Assembly: GCA_036172245.1 (NCBI GenBank)
Contig: JAYWIR010000012.1
Span: 2,356,001-2,420,000, forward strand
From: Raillietiella orientalis
Taxonomy: Eukaryota
Length of the DNA stretch: 64,000 nucleotides
Direction: 5' to 3'
Of this stretch, positions 1 through 11,900 are shown piece after piece. The position numbers were made by a program, and so were the translations under genes. Below the pieces are notes generated by a model, which made no database searches, had not been told where the DNA came from, and saw nothing but the letters and a program-made list of their open reading frames with translations. The first letter of the stretch is position 1, and the number at the start of each line of letters is the position of its first letter.

Positions 1-3000
1 TTTAAGACGGATGTGCGCCTCAGATCCTACAGCGTCATAACGAGTTGCACCGACAACGAAAACTCCCACAGGTTGCCACCTTGTTTTCTATTGTATCTAT
101 TGATCAACAGTTTCCGCTCATGCTGATTACATGGCTCATCTATGCTTTACTCGGCGTGGTTGCGCAGCACCGAAAAAGCACACCCGAAAAAGCGGCAGTA
201 GACCAAATGTGGTGTCGCCGCTGCAACGGTATGTAGCCCGAGACGGCCTGTTGCAAATCTGGAGACCCTGCCCAAGTGGGTCCATGTCGTGCGAACCGTT
301 CCCTGCACTCGGGGAACGAACGAACCTTGCATTTCGAGAAGCATCGAGAAACGTGGAGCACGGCGTTCCCCAGAATAGGGCTGCTGCATCCATGCCGTGC
401 AGAACGGGTGTTCGCCGCGATAAGAACATTCAAACCACACAGCTCACGGGGGAACTAATGAGCAGTAGGTTCTTTTCCTTCTTTTTTTGACGTGCACGTC
501 GTGTTTTGTCTCCGCAAACGCTTCCTAATCTGAACCGGAAGACGAAAAAATGCACGAGCGCTAAATTGTAATGCCCGAATTGGAAAAATTCAGAGATTCC
601 GAATAGCAGTTTCCACCCAGATTCAAGGAAACCGTCGTCGTCGCCAGGAGCAGTTTCTGCGTTACGATAGGCGAAATGTTACAAAGTGGCTCCCGGAACG
701 ATCAATCGATACTTCCCGCTTTGCGTCCTCACAGCCAGCTAAAACAGGGAGCTAAAATCAGAGAAAGCGAATCGAAGAGTATCGAGGCAGACGGAGTGGA
801 ACGGAGCTTTCTTTCGGTCCCGGTTGCCTTTAAGAGATTCGAGACGGGGACCTCGACCATGACCTCCGAGAGGTCATAAAGACCCACGGAATCGTCAGCT
901 GCTCGTCAGAACAGTCCCCAGGATACCGTTTGACTGTTGAGCATGGCCCGAGCTAACGAGGAGTCGAGCGGTTTGATAGGAGTACGGTCGTTTCCCAAAC
1001 ACGCGAGCCGAGAGGTGGTCTTCAGGACTCAAGTTTCATTTCCATCCCATTTCTCATTGAACGAGAATACACGCGCAGAGTGGAATAGCATTCAAGAAAT
1101 CACGTAATAGACCGCTCTTCATGCTAAACAGGCAAGAGATCCAAACTAGACATTCCTGGTGCTATAATTCGCGACTACCACATTCTCGTGGAAGAGGATT
1201 CAAACACGAATTTTCGTCCGATTCGAGCAAACTGGACAAAGAAGACGAGACTTGTCCCATGTGCTGCAAGAATGGAGGAGGGAGGCATCTTGAGTGTTGT
1301 CGGATCCAATACTTCAGAGCCAAAGGAAGACCTGCGCATCCCTAAATGAGATATCTCTTTGTGCCTCCGATGTCTGCAACTTTTGGGTGTTAGGTGGCTT
1401 GCAAGCAAAAGCTATACATGTGTGCTACACACAAGAGACTCAGAATAGAAGACAAAAAGAAAAAAAAAAAAATAGGAATAGCATGTGAAGAATTCTTTCG
1501 CTATGGACTGCCGAGAAAAAGACTTTCCTCCTTTCTTTGTATCCATAGTACTTTTCGCCTATATGAACATAGGTCGAATTTTTATCGGATTGCTCTTTGA
1601 AGCAGGTTCCTTGTCACGCCCTGATTTCTTTTTCGTCGCTTGCTTAAGTTTTCGCAAAAGTTGCTGGTATAGCATTCTTCTGCTGAGGTTGCATATGCCA
1701 TTTTCATTCGTCTAGTGTTGATTCCCAATTGTAGCACCTACATGGTATGCCTCGTCTCTGCAGAATTTAATATGTGGTGGCTTTCGCGCATATCTGGGAT
1801 TCCAAACTGAATCTCCGAGTTTCATCTCTTTAGCTATCTAATAACTTCTTCACTCTCTCCTCTTGGACTTCTCTTTAGGAAGCTACATGGACCACAGATT
1901 TCTGTGATTGGGGCTCACGGCGCTCGGAATCGTTGGCTGGCTGGCAATATCGAAATCTTAGGACCCACGCCTCGAACACGGATTTTTTTTCCTGCAAAAG
2001 TTGAAGCTGGAATATGACAGAGCTAAGGTACGAATGATAGGGATGAAGGTGAGCGCATCTCAATCCCCGATGAAGGTTAGGATGCCATCGTATGCACGCA
2101 ATGTCAAACATGCAAAACCCACACCAAAACTCCAGAGAAATTCACTTTGACTTTTGACGATTAGATTCAACCGTAGGATGTAATTAATATGCATACTATG
2201 ATGCACTCATGGGGTGACTTTAGGCACGCATTCGTGCCTTGTAACAGGAAGCGACTGGCCTTTTTTATCTTTTTTTGGCACACTGAACTCAAATTACTGT
2301 TAGATAGGATAGGCAAGTCGTGAACTGATGACAGCTGAAGTTTCAAGCATCCATTTCTTACGTGTTGCATGCGCTGCATCCTAGTCTCACTTGATCCATC
2401 CAGTTCGAATCATTATTTAAGCCTGCCACGCAACTTTGAGAGACTTGTCCTCAGGACAAAAAATCGATCCCTGAATTCGTTTGCTATGGAAGACATAGAA
2501 GACTCGAAGTGTCCATGACTTTGTGCAGCATCAATGCGAACCGTTGCGTAGAAGTGCACGGAGGAGTCTTTCAAGTTCAGAAGCTCATGATTAGAATCAC
2601 TGTGACAACAGGAAACCACAACCATCTCATCCTCTTCGACGCCATCGTGAACCACCATGAAAATTTTCCTCCAAAGCCGTATTTAAGGTTTCCCAACTTC
2701 TCCAGCAGAAGGGAGGAATCGCTGACCAACCCTCCAAGTTCGAGTCCGGAAAGCGTGCCATTTTGAAGTCTTCCGATGCATGTGCACAACGTCCAGCAAG
2801 ATTTTTAGCTTCCAAGAGTTCGATCGTCTTCACCCCATTCACTGCAGATCCAGGAATTCCGGGTTCGGCTGAGAATGCATTTTCGAATCACTTCTTTAAC
2901 ATGGCAGTTTTCTTTGCTGCGCCCAATCATTAGATGGACACCAGCCTCAAGGTCCACAGTTGTTTTGGATTTTCTATAATTGCGAATGTTTTCGGTATTT

Positions 3001-3991
3001 TGCATCGGTACGTTGTGCCCAATGCAATTTTACTCTCCTGAAAATTGGCACATCAGAAACCCATTTTTTATTCATAAACACTCTACACACCTTGTAATTA
3101 AAGATAATTGACACCACTGCTCATGGTTCATCAGAACCGTGTTACGTGCAAATTGATGATTGTGCCTGTGGTTGGGTGAATTCGAAGAAGCATTCACTAA
3201 TGTGTTCCACAACGATATGTCCTTCTGGACCGCTCTCTTCGGAGGATTACATGCTAAGTAACCTAACCAGCCCGATGAACAAAGGTAAACTAGACGGAGT
3301 AATGTTTTTTTGTTTTGCGAGGCTGATCACATAAAGATGCCCGATGCTTTTATTGAAAGGGTGCACAGAACACTTTCAATAAACAAAAAAAATTCAATTC
3401 AAACGTGCACAGGAACTCAATTCAGCACTGCAACTAAGAACCCTTTGAAGGTTTTTGACAAGAGGGGAAAAAAAAACGCATTAGCACCGCGAATCTGCAT
3501 TTAATGATGCCAAGAGTGGGTTAGTTATATTGGATTGTTTTTTTCGTAATTCCTCTGCGATGTGAATGAAGATTTTACCTGCTGGGAACCTCAACGAATA
3601 AGAAAATCAACTTCCCTGGGGACAGAGAAGTTGGCCAACCTTTGCTGTCTCGACACGCGGTTGCTGTTTGCCAGGAAACCTGATTTTGCTGATTTTCCCC
3701 ATCATTTCGAATTTGCGAACCTTTTCACGCAGTAAGATCCCAGCATGATCTCCTGCGGACCACTCAATCCTCCACATGTTCCATGCAAACCTTGAGATCC
3801 ATCTGGCCGCGACTGCTTTCAAAACCTTTGCACGACTTGCTACTGTTTCCATACCTTGAATATTACGGTTTGATTACGAAACGGTTCCCTTCATCCCTGC
3901 TTGCAAACATTCATTACTTTATCCTGAGAACTGCCATGAAATGCAGGCACAATGATGACATTCTGCAATATGTGGCTTTATGTCTTCGCAG

Positions 3992-4214
3992 GTTGCCGCT
4001 CAAGACGATGCTGACTCATGAACCGGCAGCAATCTGTAGCCCCAAAGGGCAAAAACTCCACCGCCGTGCTGCATTCCACTTTCTCCCGAATTCGCCCCTT
4101 CCGGAATTCAGTCGTGGTATGTAATTGGTACGCATACGACGATGCACTTCGTTACTACTTTGGGTATGCATTTGTGCCTTTTCAGGAAATGTATTCAATA
4201 ACCTCACCGATTAA
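3992..4214 (+). CDS. Possible last two exons of an unidentified gene
   Basis: cttcgcag|3992-4116|gtatgt...ttttcag|4186-4214 gives LPLKTMLTHEPAAICSPKGQKLHRRAAFHFLPNSPLPEFSRGNVFNNLTD*; AATAAA at 4401. No homology recognised. Confidence 0.25.
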
Positions 4215-4860
4215 GAATCATAATTGAAAAGAGTCTCTTACTGGGGGGTCATGCCTCCATGCAACATTACCTTGCAAATTTGACCTTTATAAGTTACCCT
4301 AATATTTTGCTACAATTTTAGTTCACAGCAAATATTAGTAATTTTATTCACAGAAGGCTCAGCATTTGGACACAGCTAGCCACAAGTTTTTTGGCTCTGA
4401 AATAAATTATCATTTTACCTTAAAAATGAAATGGTTGGGTGAATATCACCTTTGAAAAAAAAATACACAAAAATTAAAATACGAAATGGACACACTTTGC
4501 AAAAAAACATATGCTGATCAGTCAGTGTCAGTGTGAAATTTGTGAAGTCTGATCGGCACTGCTTGAGTAGCCGAGCACATCAATCACTCAAAACCCATAT
4601 GTGTGTACTGTGAAATGCAAAAAAATAAATAATACATCATGGACAACCTTTCTTTTATTATCTAGCAAAATGAATTATAAATCCAATGCGACCATATTAT
4701 GCTTTTAACTATAACGTATGTAGAAAATATTTTATCAAAAAAGCAATCTTATAGGTACAATCCCTATGTAATCTGTTGGTTACAGTCCAATGTAAAAAAG
4801 GAAAAACATGCATGAATTGCAAACATTGAACATGATGACTGATCACATAATCCTTGATAA

Positions 4861-5581
4861 TCAGTTATACAAAATTCCATCTGCTAAAAGCTTTCTATAC
4901 AGGCTAATGTATCTCCCAGCATATGTTGTATAAGGAAGAATAATTTGCAAGCAAAATTCAATTTTGTTATTACATTGGAGATTTCTAAATGGAGCTGTAT
5001 CCAGACAAAAGGACTGAAGAAATTTCAATATAAATGAATAACAATTATGAGAAACTTCATCATACCTAGGAATCATAAATAATAAATGTAAGATAACGTA
5101 TACTTACTTTCTCCAAAGCCAACATTCATCTGCCAGAATTCTTTTTAAATGATTGTCCCACTGCACATTCCACTCAGAAACACCAAGAATTGGTATAGCA
5201 ATGCACTCACTCCAGTAACTGCCTGAAGTCACATTCAATCCATTCTGATCAAAGTGGTATATCTCTCCCTTTGTACTTGTAACACCAATATGCAAATCTG
5301 CCGAATTTAAAGCATAATCACTAAGAAAGTGCAAGCACTTTCATGCATTAGAATAAAAGTCAGACTTACTGCAAAAAGTCGCCCAATTTTGGTTTGACTA
5401 CTAGAGAGCATGGATGTTTCTGGGCATTACTAAAAGGATAAGGTATGCGAAATGGAGGGACTTTAAGTGGGGTATGTTCAAGACTCTGTCCACATATGCT
5501 ACAGAATTTAGGAACTTCAAAACAAAAAGTTTGTATCTTCTTATCACAGTGTTTGAAGCACAAGATGCACGGATCACTCAT
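4861..5581 (-). CDS. MKRN2OS: MKRN2 opposite strand protein-like (C3orf83-like), 3 coding exons, 209 aa
   Basis: Exons 5581-5370, 5320-5108 and 5065-4861 joined by GT-AG introns of 49 and 42 nt give 630 nt in frame. Protein MSDPCILCFKHC...FEVPKFCSICG...PPFRIPYPF...CSLVVKPKLGDFL|HDYALNSADLHIGVTSTKGEIYHFDQNG...W...YDEVSHNCYSFILKFL matches remembered MKRN2OS motifs (LHIG, HNCY). Confidence 0.85.
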
Positions 5582-8500
5582 GCAAGTATGTGCAAGTGAA
5601 ACCTATTTATTACATGAACACTTATGCCTGTGAGATCATTTGTATTTCGGAACAAAACAGTGATATTTTTCAGATGAGATTTATGAATGTCTCATATGGC
5701 ATTCTGGATGGGTGCATGAGAGTAGTCCTTCGGGGTACTACAAAACAAATATCATGAGTGAATTATCGAAATACAACAATCAGCAACGAGTAAATGCAAC
5801 ATCCGCTCATGCTTGAGGAGAGAAATCGGTTTGAAGGCTATCATTTAGCCCAAAATGCATTCAAGACCTCCTACAAAACGAAACAGAATCATCACTCACT
5901 TGTATCAAACACTTTCCACAACACTCTACATATTCAAGTAAAGGGAAGAATTCTTAAATAATTTGTAGAATGCTGCAAAAATTGCGATACCGACATGAAC
6001 GCCTTGGGCGGCTCTGCACATGACACCCACCTAAACCCATTCCTTGATCCCACGGCATTCGCGGACCTCGTTTCGAAAAGTGGGTCCTCCCCCAAAGTCC
6101 CGTATTGAGAAACCTCACTCCCGCTGGACTGTGGGAGGGCTGCTGCAGATGCAGCGGATCGAGAATTTGCAAGAAACATTCACAAAATGTACGTACTTGT
6201 CACCACCAATGACTACTTCTGTGCTTCCTGTACGAGAAGAGGTGGACGTTTCCGGTAACGGCCCTGAAATTCAGCCGCATGAGAACAGAATGAACCACAC
6301 GATCACGGGATTCGGGCTGGAAACGATAGACGACTGCTGATCGAATCCCTTCGACAGGAAAGGTTTAAATCACAAAATGAATCCTGGTGAGTTCCACAAG
6401 CTTGCAAAAATGCAGGTAAGTCCATGATGGACCGACCACGCGGCTGAGGCCTACGCTGAACTCGTCCGGTTTTTTTTTTTTTTCTCCTCTTTTCCAGCCT
6501 TCTTTCCGTCGTCTTTTCCAGAGTTCCCCTCGGAAACCTCTGGAAGGTTGTATCAAAATGATCCAAGAGTTCACCCAATATTACTGGGTTGTGGGGATCG
6601 ATTTTTTAAAAAATCAAAACCAAAATAAAGGACATTTGTCAAAATCACTTCGCTGACGTCCATTTCCTTTAGTTCTGCCCAACTATTTTTTATGCATGTT
6701 TACAAAGTTATGCCTTAGGTTGCGTGAGCTTTTTTTTTTCTTCTCTCTCTCTCTGAATCTCCTTTCAGCTTTTTCTGTAGACTTTAACCAGATTTCAAGA
6801 ACCCTCCAGCCACTTTCGCTTCATAAGCATCAGCTGCCGTAGAGTTTCCGGGGTCATTTCTGGACCAGAGTTCAGGAAGAATTTAACTACGAGGAACTTT
6901 TTGATTTGAGTGCTTCTTCATTTAAAAGCATCGATTCTTTCAGAACACTTACTATCAAACTGGCTGTGAATATGCTCACATTAAACTTATTAAAACAATT
7001 TTATAAGTTAGGACCAGTAAAAGGATTGCATAGAGACTTACAGTTTCAAGTGAATGAAAAAGGAACTATTATTTTGATATCAAATTATCACTACTGACAA
7101 GTACATTAACCGCAGAAAGTTCTGGAAACGTTCAAAATAAAAACGAACATTGCCTTTTGCGATTCTTGCTTCTGTTTCTCAAAAAATTTTAGATCGTTGA
7201 AAATTCTTTATTCCTAAAGGTTTTACAGCCTAGATGTGGATGCTTGGGGTTTCAGTTCATCACTAAGAGCCGTCTCGTCTCTAAAAGCGAATCTTTTGTT
7301 TTGTAAATTGATTATGGATACTCTTTTCTACTGTTTTCCCATCTACTGGATATCATCTGATTTTTTTGTAGTCTGTAATTTAAGTTCCAATGACGCAAGG
7401 GGGTGCCTGTAAGATAAATCTGAGAAAGGCACAGTAAAAAGAAATTAAATCTTTGAATGCTTGAACCCTTGGATTAACGAATGAGAACCGAGCAGCTTCT
7501 TGCACAGTTTCTTTCATTACAGATTTTGGGAAGTTTTGTACACAGATGACACATACTTAGTAGTATCCAATCACAAAATAAATTTCAAGTTCCAATGATT
7601 CCAACTAGTGGCGTAATGGGAGAAGAAAACTTCTTAAATGCACTCAGTATTGAGCAGAATCTTGGCATTTTTCACAAACAGTTGCTATTTCTACGGCATC
7701 CTTTTTCATGGCAAAAATGACTCTAAGATTTGAAAATAAAATAAAATAATTCATGAAAGGTGGGATCGTTTGATACTTTGAAGAGAGTAATCATTTTGAC
7801 AATTGAACTTCTCTTTATTTACACTTTTTATACGGTTAATGAATTAAAGCAACGTAGCCTGGGAACTAGGAAGTATTCGGAAGAAGCTTTCGGCTCAATA
7901 TTTCTCTAAGATTTTACCGATGCAAAATTCTTTAATAGGAAGCAGAGAAAGCCAGTGTCGGATTCCCAGGTTTGCAAGGGTTTGACTTATTAGTGCATTT
8001 CCATAGTAACACGCCGCATGAAGAAAACAGCCGACCAGTTTTCCAGCTTCCCGTTTCTGCGTGAAGGAAAAACCGATCTTAAACTCGACAGCAAACAACT
8101 CACCTCCATTTGTCCAGATGCTGGAAATTGATTTTCACGGTGTGTCCTTCGAGAACTCTTCAGCCCACATCAGGCAGCATATGGAAATTTTTCCAGTACT
8201 GAAAATGAGTGTACCTGTATCGATTACTGTGGAAGTCCTCTGATCATCATTCCGAGAGTCCCCATAAAGTAAAACTTCGATTATGCATGTGATTCCGGAG
8301 TGGAAGGTGAAAATGTCAGATGCAGCTTCGATGTCCACCAAAACAGGATGATGAAAACAGGATGAAGGTGAGGAGGTGTTTGATAAGCTGGTCGATACCC
8401 TCGAAGGAGGAACAGCCATTGATTTAACAAGAAGAAGGCAAAACAAATTCACTGCTCTGCAAGTCCAAGAAAACATGGTTCGTACGAGGCATTTCCTTTA

Positions 8501-8929
8501 TTCTTTACACCAATGTGATCTTGTAAAAATGTGAATCTGGAAACTCTAGCCAGGATCATTCCATTTCGGCAGATTTCCACAGTTCTGTGGAGTTCCGTCT
8601 TGTAATCTTCTTTGGATGCAAGTGGCTCTTATGAAAGATTAATCATTCATTTAGTGCATGTGGGTCCACTACGCAAAGCCACTTGCAGAGGAAATAGAGA
8701 AAGAGACTGAACTAATGCGATGTCCAATCTTAGCACAACAAACTGATCTTTCGTGCTCGCACATGCATCTTTGCTTTCAGATACTTTCCTGAAGGAAAGG
8801 AAAGTTGATACGCATTTATCTTATGAGATGGTGTTGCGACGAGTGTACTTATTGTGCGTGTCTTGATATTCCAGCTTCCAAGGAAGGCAACCGATGTTTT
8901 CTGTCTGACCCTTTCCTATCTGTCTGCAG

Positions 8930-11900
8930 CCCTTGGTTTATCGGCCTACAAAGATGGTTGCCACAACGTGCCTTGCGTCCATGGGATTTGTGTAAACGAT
9001 GTTAACGGGTATGCACTTTCAGTAGCTTTACTGTGCACCTGAAGAAGGGAAACGAACTTTGCTCCGATGGCGAAAGCATCGGTTCAATTTTTGATCCCTG
9101 CCCAATTTTCAGAGCGGTCGCTCAGTGCCGTTCCAAAAACGAACGAAACGGTGCTAGAGGTGAACCTCTGTAGATAATGGCAATGGGGGGAACAAAGGTC
9201 ATACCCCAATTCGATCAGGGGAAAATTTCCCATAGGTATCTTTCCTTCTTTGGCCCTCGTTCGGAGCGATTCGAAGAACAATGAATTTCCGGCATTTAAC
9301 ATTTTGCCGCTAGCCCTTAAAATGCGTTTTTCATCCTTGCGACTTGGATCCCTTGAATGGCAAAACCAGTGGAGCAGTGATTCTCAGGATGAGCGTACTA
9401 CCGAAGAACACATACTGAGAGTCAAGAAGGGAAGAACTTGGAAACTGTCTCTCTCCAGAAAGATACATCGGAACGGGAGCTTCTTTCCCGATGTTTCGTG
9501 GACTTGTTGGCAGGATGCCTCAGGCGCTTTGCTTTTTTCCTCGTATTTAAGGCACTTCCGCAATTCCACAAGATCCAGAAGCGCATCTGAATTTTTCCAA
9601 GAAACTCCTGCTCGTTTCCACGGACTGAAACTTCCATCAACCAGGTGTTTAAGCAGAACGGTTCCACGTGTCTTCCGTGCCATCGCGTCCCTTATCCACT
9701 TTGCGTGGACATCTGGAGTGCAGAGAGAAGAAGAATCCAGCAAACATCTTGGGTAACTGAAAATAGGGAGGAGCCCTCCCAAGGAATGTGCCATTCCAAT
9801 TTCAAAAGCAGCGTGGAACTGATGTCACATGGTTTGCAGAACGCACCAATCATTTTCCATGACTGGGAACCACACTCTTGCAAATAACCCACCCAGGACT
9901 CAAGGGACCGATTGAGGTTTTCACTCAGCCCGACCTACGTGGAGGGAAAACCCTCGACTTTTCTACCTGGGTGTACCAGTTAGGGGACCACCCCCATTAG
10001 CGCCCTACATTTTATGTTTGCAACGGCAACGTTCGATGGTAACATTGGATGTCTTAGATAGAAGGGAAAGCAAAGCAAAGGAAACAGCGGTAAGTGGCGG
10101 CTGAGTCCCACTACTGTCTATAAAAGAGGGTTCCCCGAAGTCAAGGAACGGAAGCACAGTGTTTCCTAAGACCCGTTTTGTGGCTCGCCCGTTTCTGGGC
10201 TTCTGACACGTGAGCCTTGACGTGATGGCCTTGGTGTGATGGACGAGAGTTACATTCTTTGAGTATTTCTGTGGCTGTTTGCTCATATTCGACTGGAATT
10301 TCGGTTTCACTTCTCTAATGTTAGGATGTTGGGGTTTCCTTGCGACTACGCCTCCACTTGTACAGGATGACTTTGATTCGGGTTTGGTTCGAAATCCCGA
10401 GGGATCAGAATTCCGAACGTCGAAACCTCGAAAGATCGTAAAAATTAAATACATAGATAATAGGCAATAATAAATATGTATTGATCACAAAAATCATTAA
10501 AAATAAATATATGTGCACATTATGTATATTTATTTATATATTCATATTTAAGTATAGGTAAATATGCAAAGTTATTGTAGCATACATTTATATTTATTAA
10601 TATGAACAAAATGTAATTGAAGATATGCATTCATATATATTAATATGTATGTTAAAGATCATAAAACGTGTGTATTATTATTTACATGTATTTATATACA
10701 TAATAGATATACCTCAAATGAATACATAAAGATTGCATTCTAAATATTTATTCATCAAACGATCGAAATCCCGAAAATCGAATTTATCATTTGCTGAGAA
10801 AGTTATTGAGTGTTGGCAACGATAGGAAGGAGAAATGCCACATTTCTTTTTTGTTTCTGTTTAATTTGTTTGCATTTTTATTTTTTCCCCACTATTTGTA
10901 ATTGGCATCATTATTTCTCATTTTTCATAATTCGATATTTACATTACATATATAAGTATATATATAATAAAGTATGTATTTGTTTTTTATGATCTTTCGA
11001 GTTTTCGGCATTCGGCATTTTGATCGGCACTGCTTAGCTCTGTCCTACGGTGCCAAGGAGGAGCAAACAGTTCTCGACTTTCCAAACTTTCGACGCTTTG
11101 CCCACGTAGCCGCTGCAGCTGGCTGGAAGTGGGGGTTTGGAAGGCAGGATCTCAGCGATCACTAAGAAAATGGTGGAATTAGGGCCGTTGCCCACGGTGA
11201 TGAGGGCAGTGTTATAACGGTTGATTCGTTTGTGGCTCATGCCATGAATATTGAACATGCTGCTTTGACTTGGGTTTGCAGTATTGCCAGCGCCACCTTT
11301 GAGCGACGTGGTCATTTTGTCAAATACAACGGTGCCTTTATTCACAGGCAAGAGAAAATCTGTTAACGCATTAGATAGAGCACGCGACGGCAAGTAGTAG
11401 CAAGTAGCTGGATGTGATGTCACCTTGGGTAGAAATGGGATTCGTTCCCTTGTATCTCTTCAGTCAGCTGCAGCTTTTTCCCTTCCTTCCCGGAAAAGCT
11501 TTGCTTCATCTGCTTTCTTTTCAAATTCACCGAGAGCATTCCCTTCGTCCTCATTCTCGAGTTCGCCTGGTGCTTGCCGTGCAGCTTCCGATAGCTCTCC
11601 AAGTACCATAAATCTGTCCTTCAGATTCGCGTGACCCCACGCCTGAACTGACCGCGGCATCAACCGATTCCTTAAACTCTGGGGCGAGGCAAACTCGATG
11701 AACTGATTTCCAAGAACTGCTTGGGATCACCGTGAGGTGTCTGCAGACATGGAGCAGATCTTCGAGGGCCAACACCCTCCGAGGTAAGCGCAGCTGCTCA
11801 GCAGAGTGCGCTGACCACGTGCGAGCAACGCCCACCAGATGCAACCTACTGGCTGCACGTGCCGGAGGAGTGCGCCCAGGGAAGGGTCTCTCCGACCTAT

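Noticed and set aside
1225..1345. RTE-type LINE 3' remnant (ARMEEG...KGRP in shifted frames)
   Set aside because: Similarity is too short to support without a search.
8135..8476. 113-aa minus-strand ORF with a hydrophobic N-terminus
   Set aside because: No recognisable homology or exon structure.
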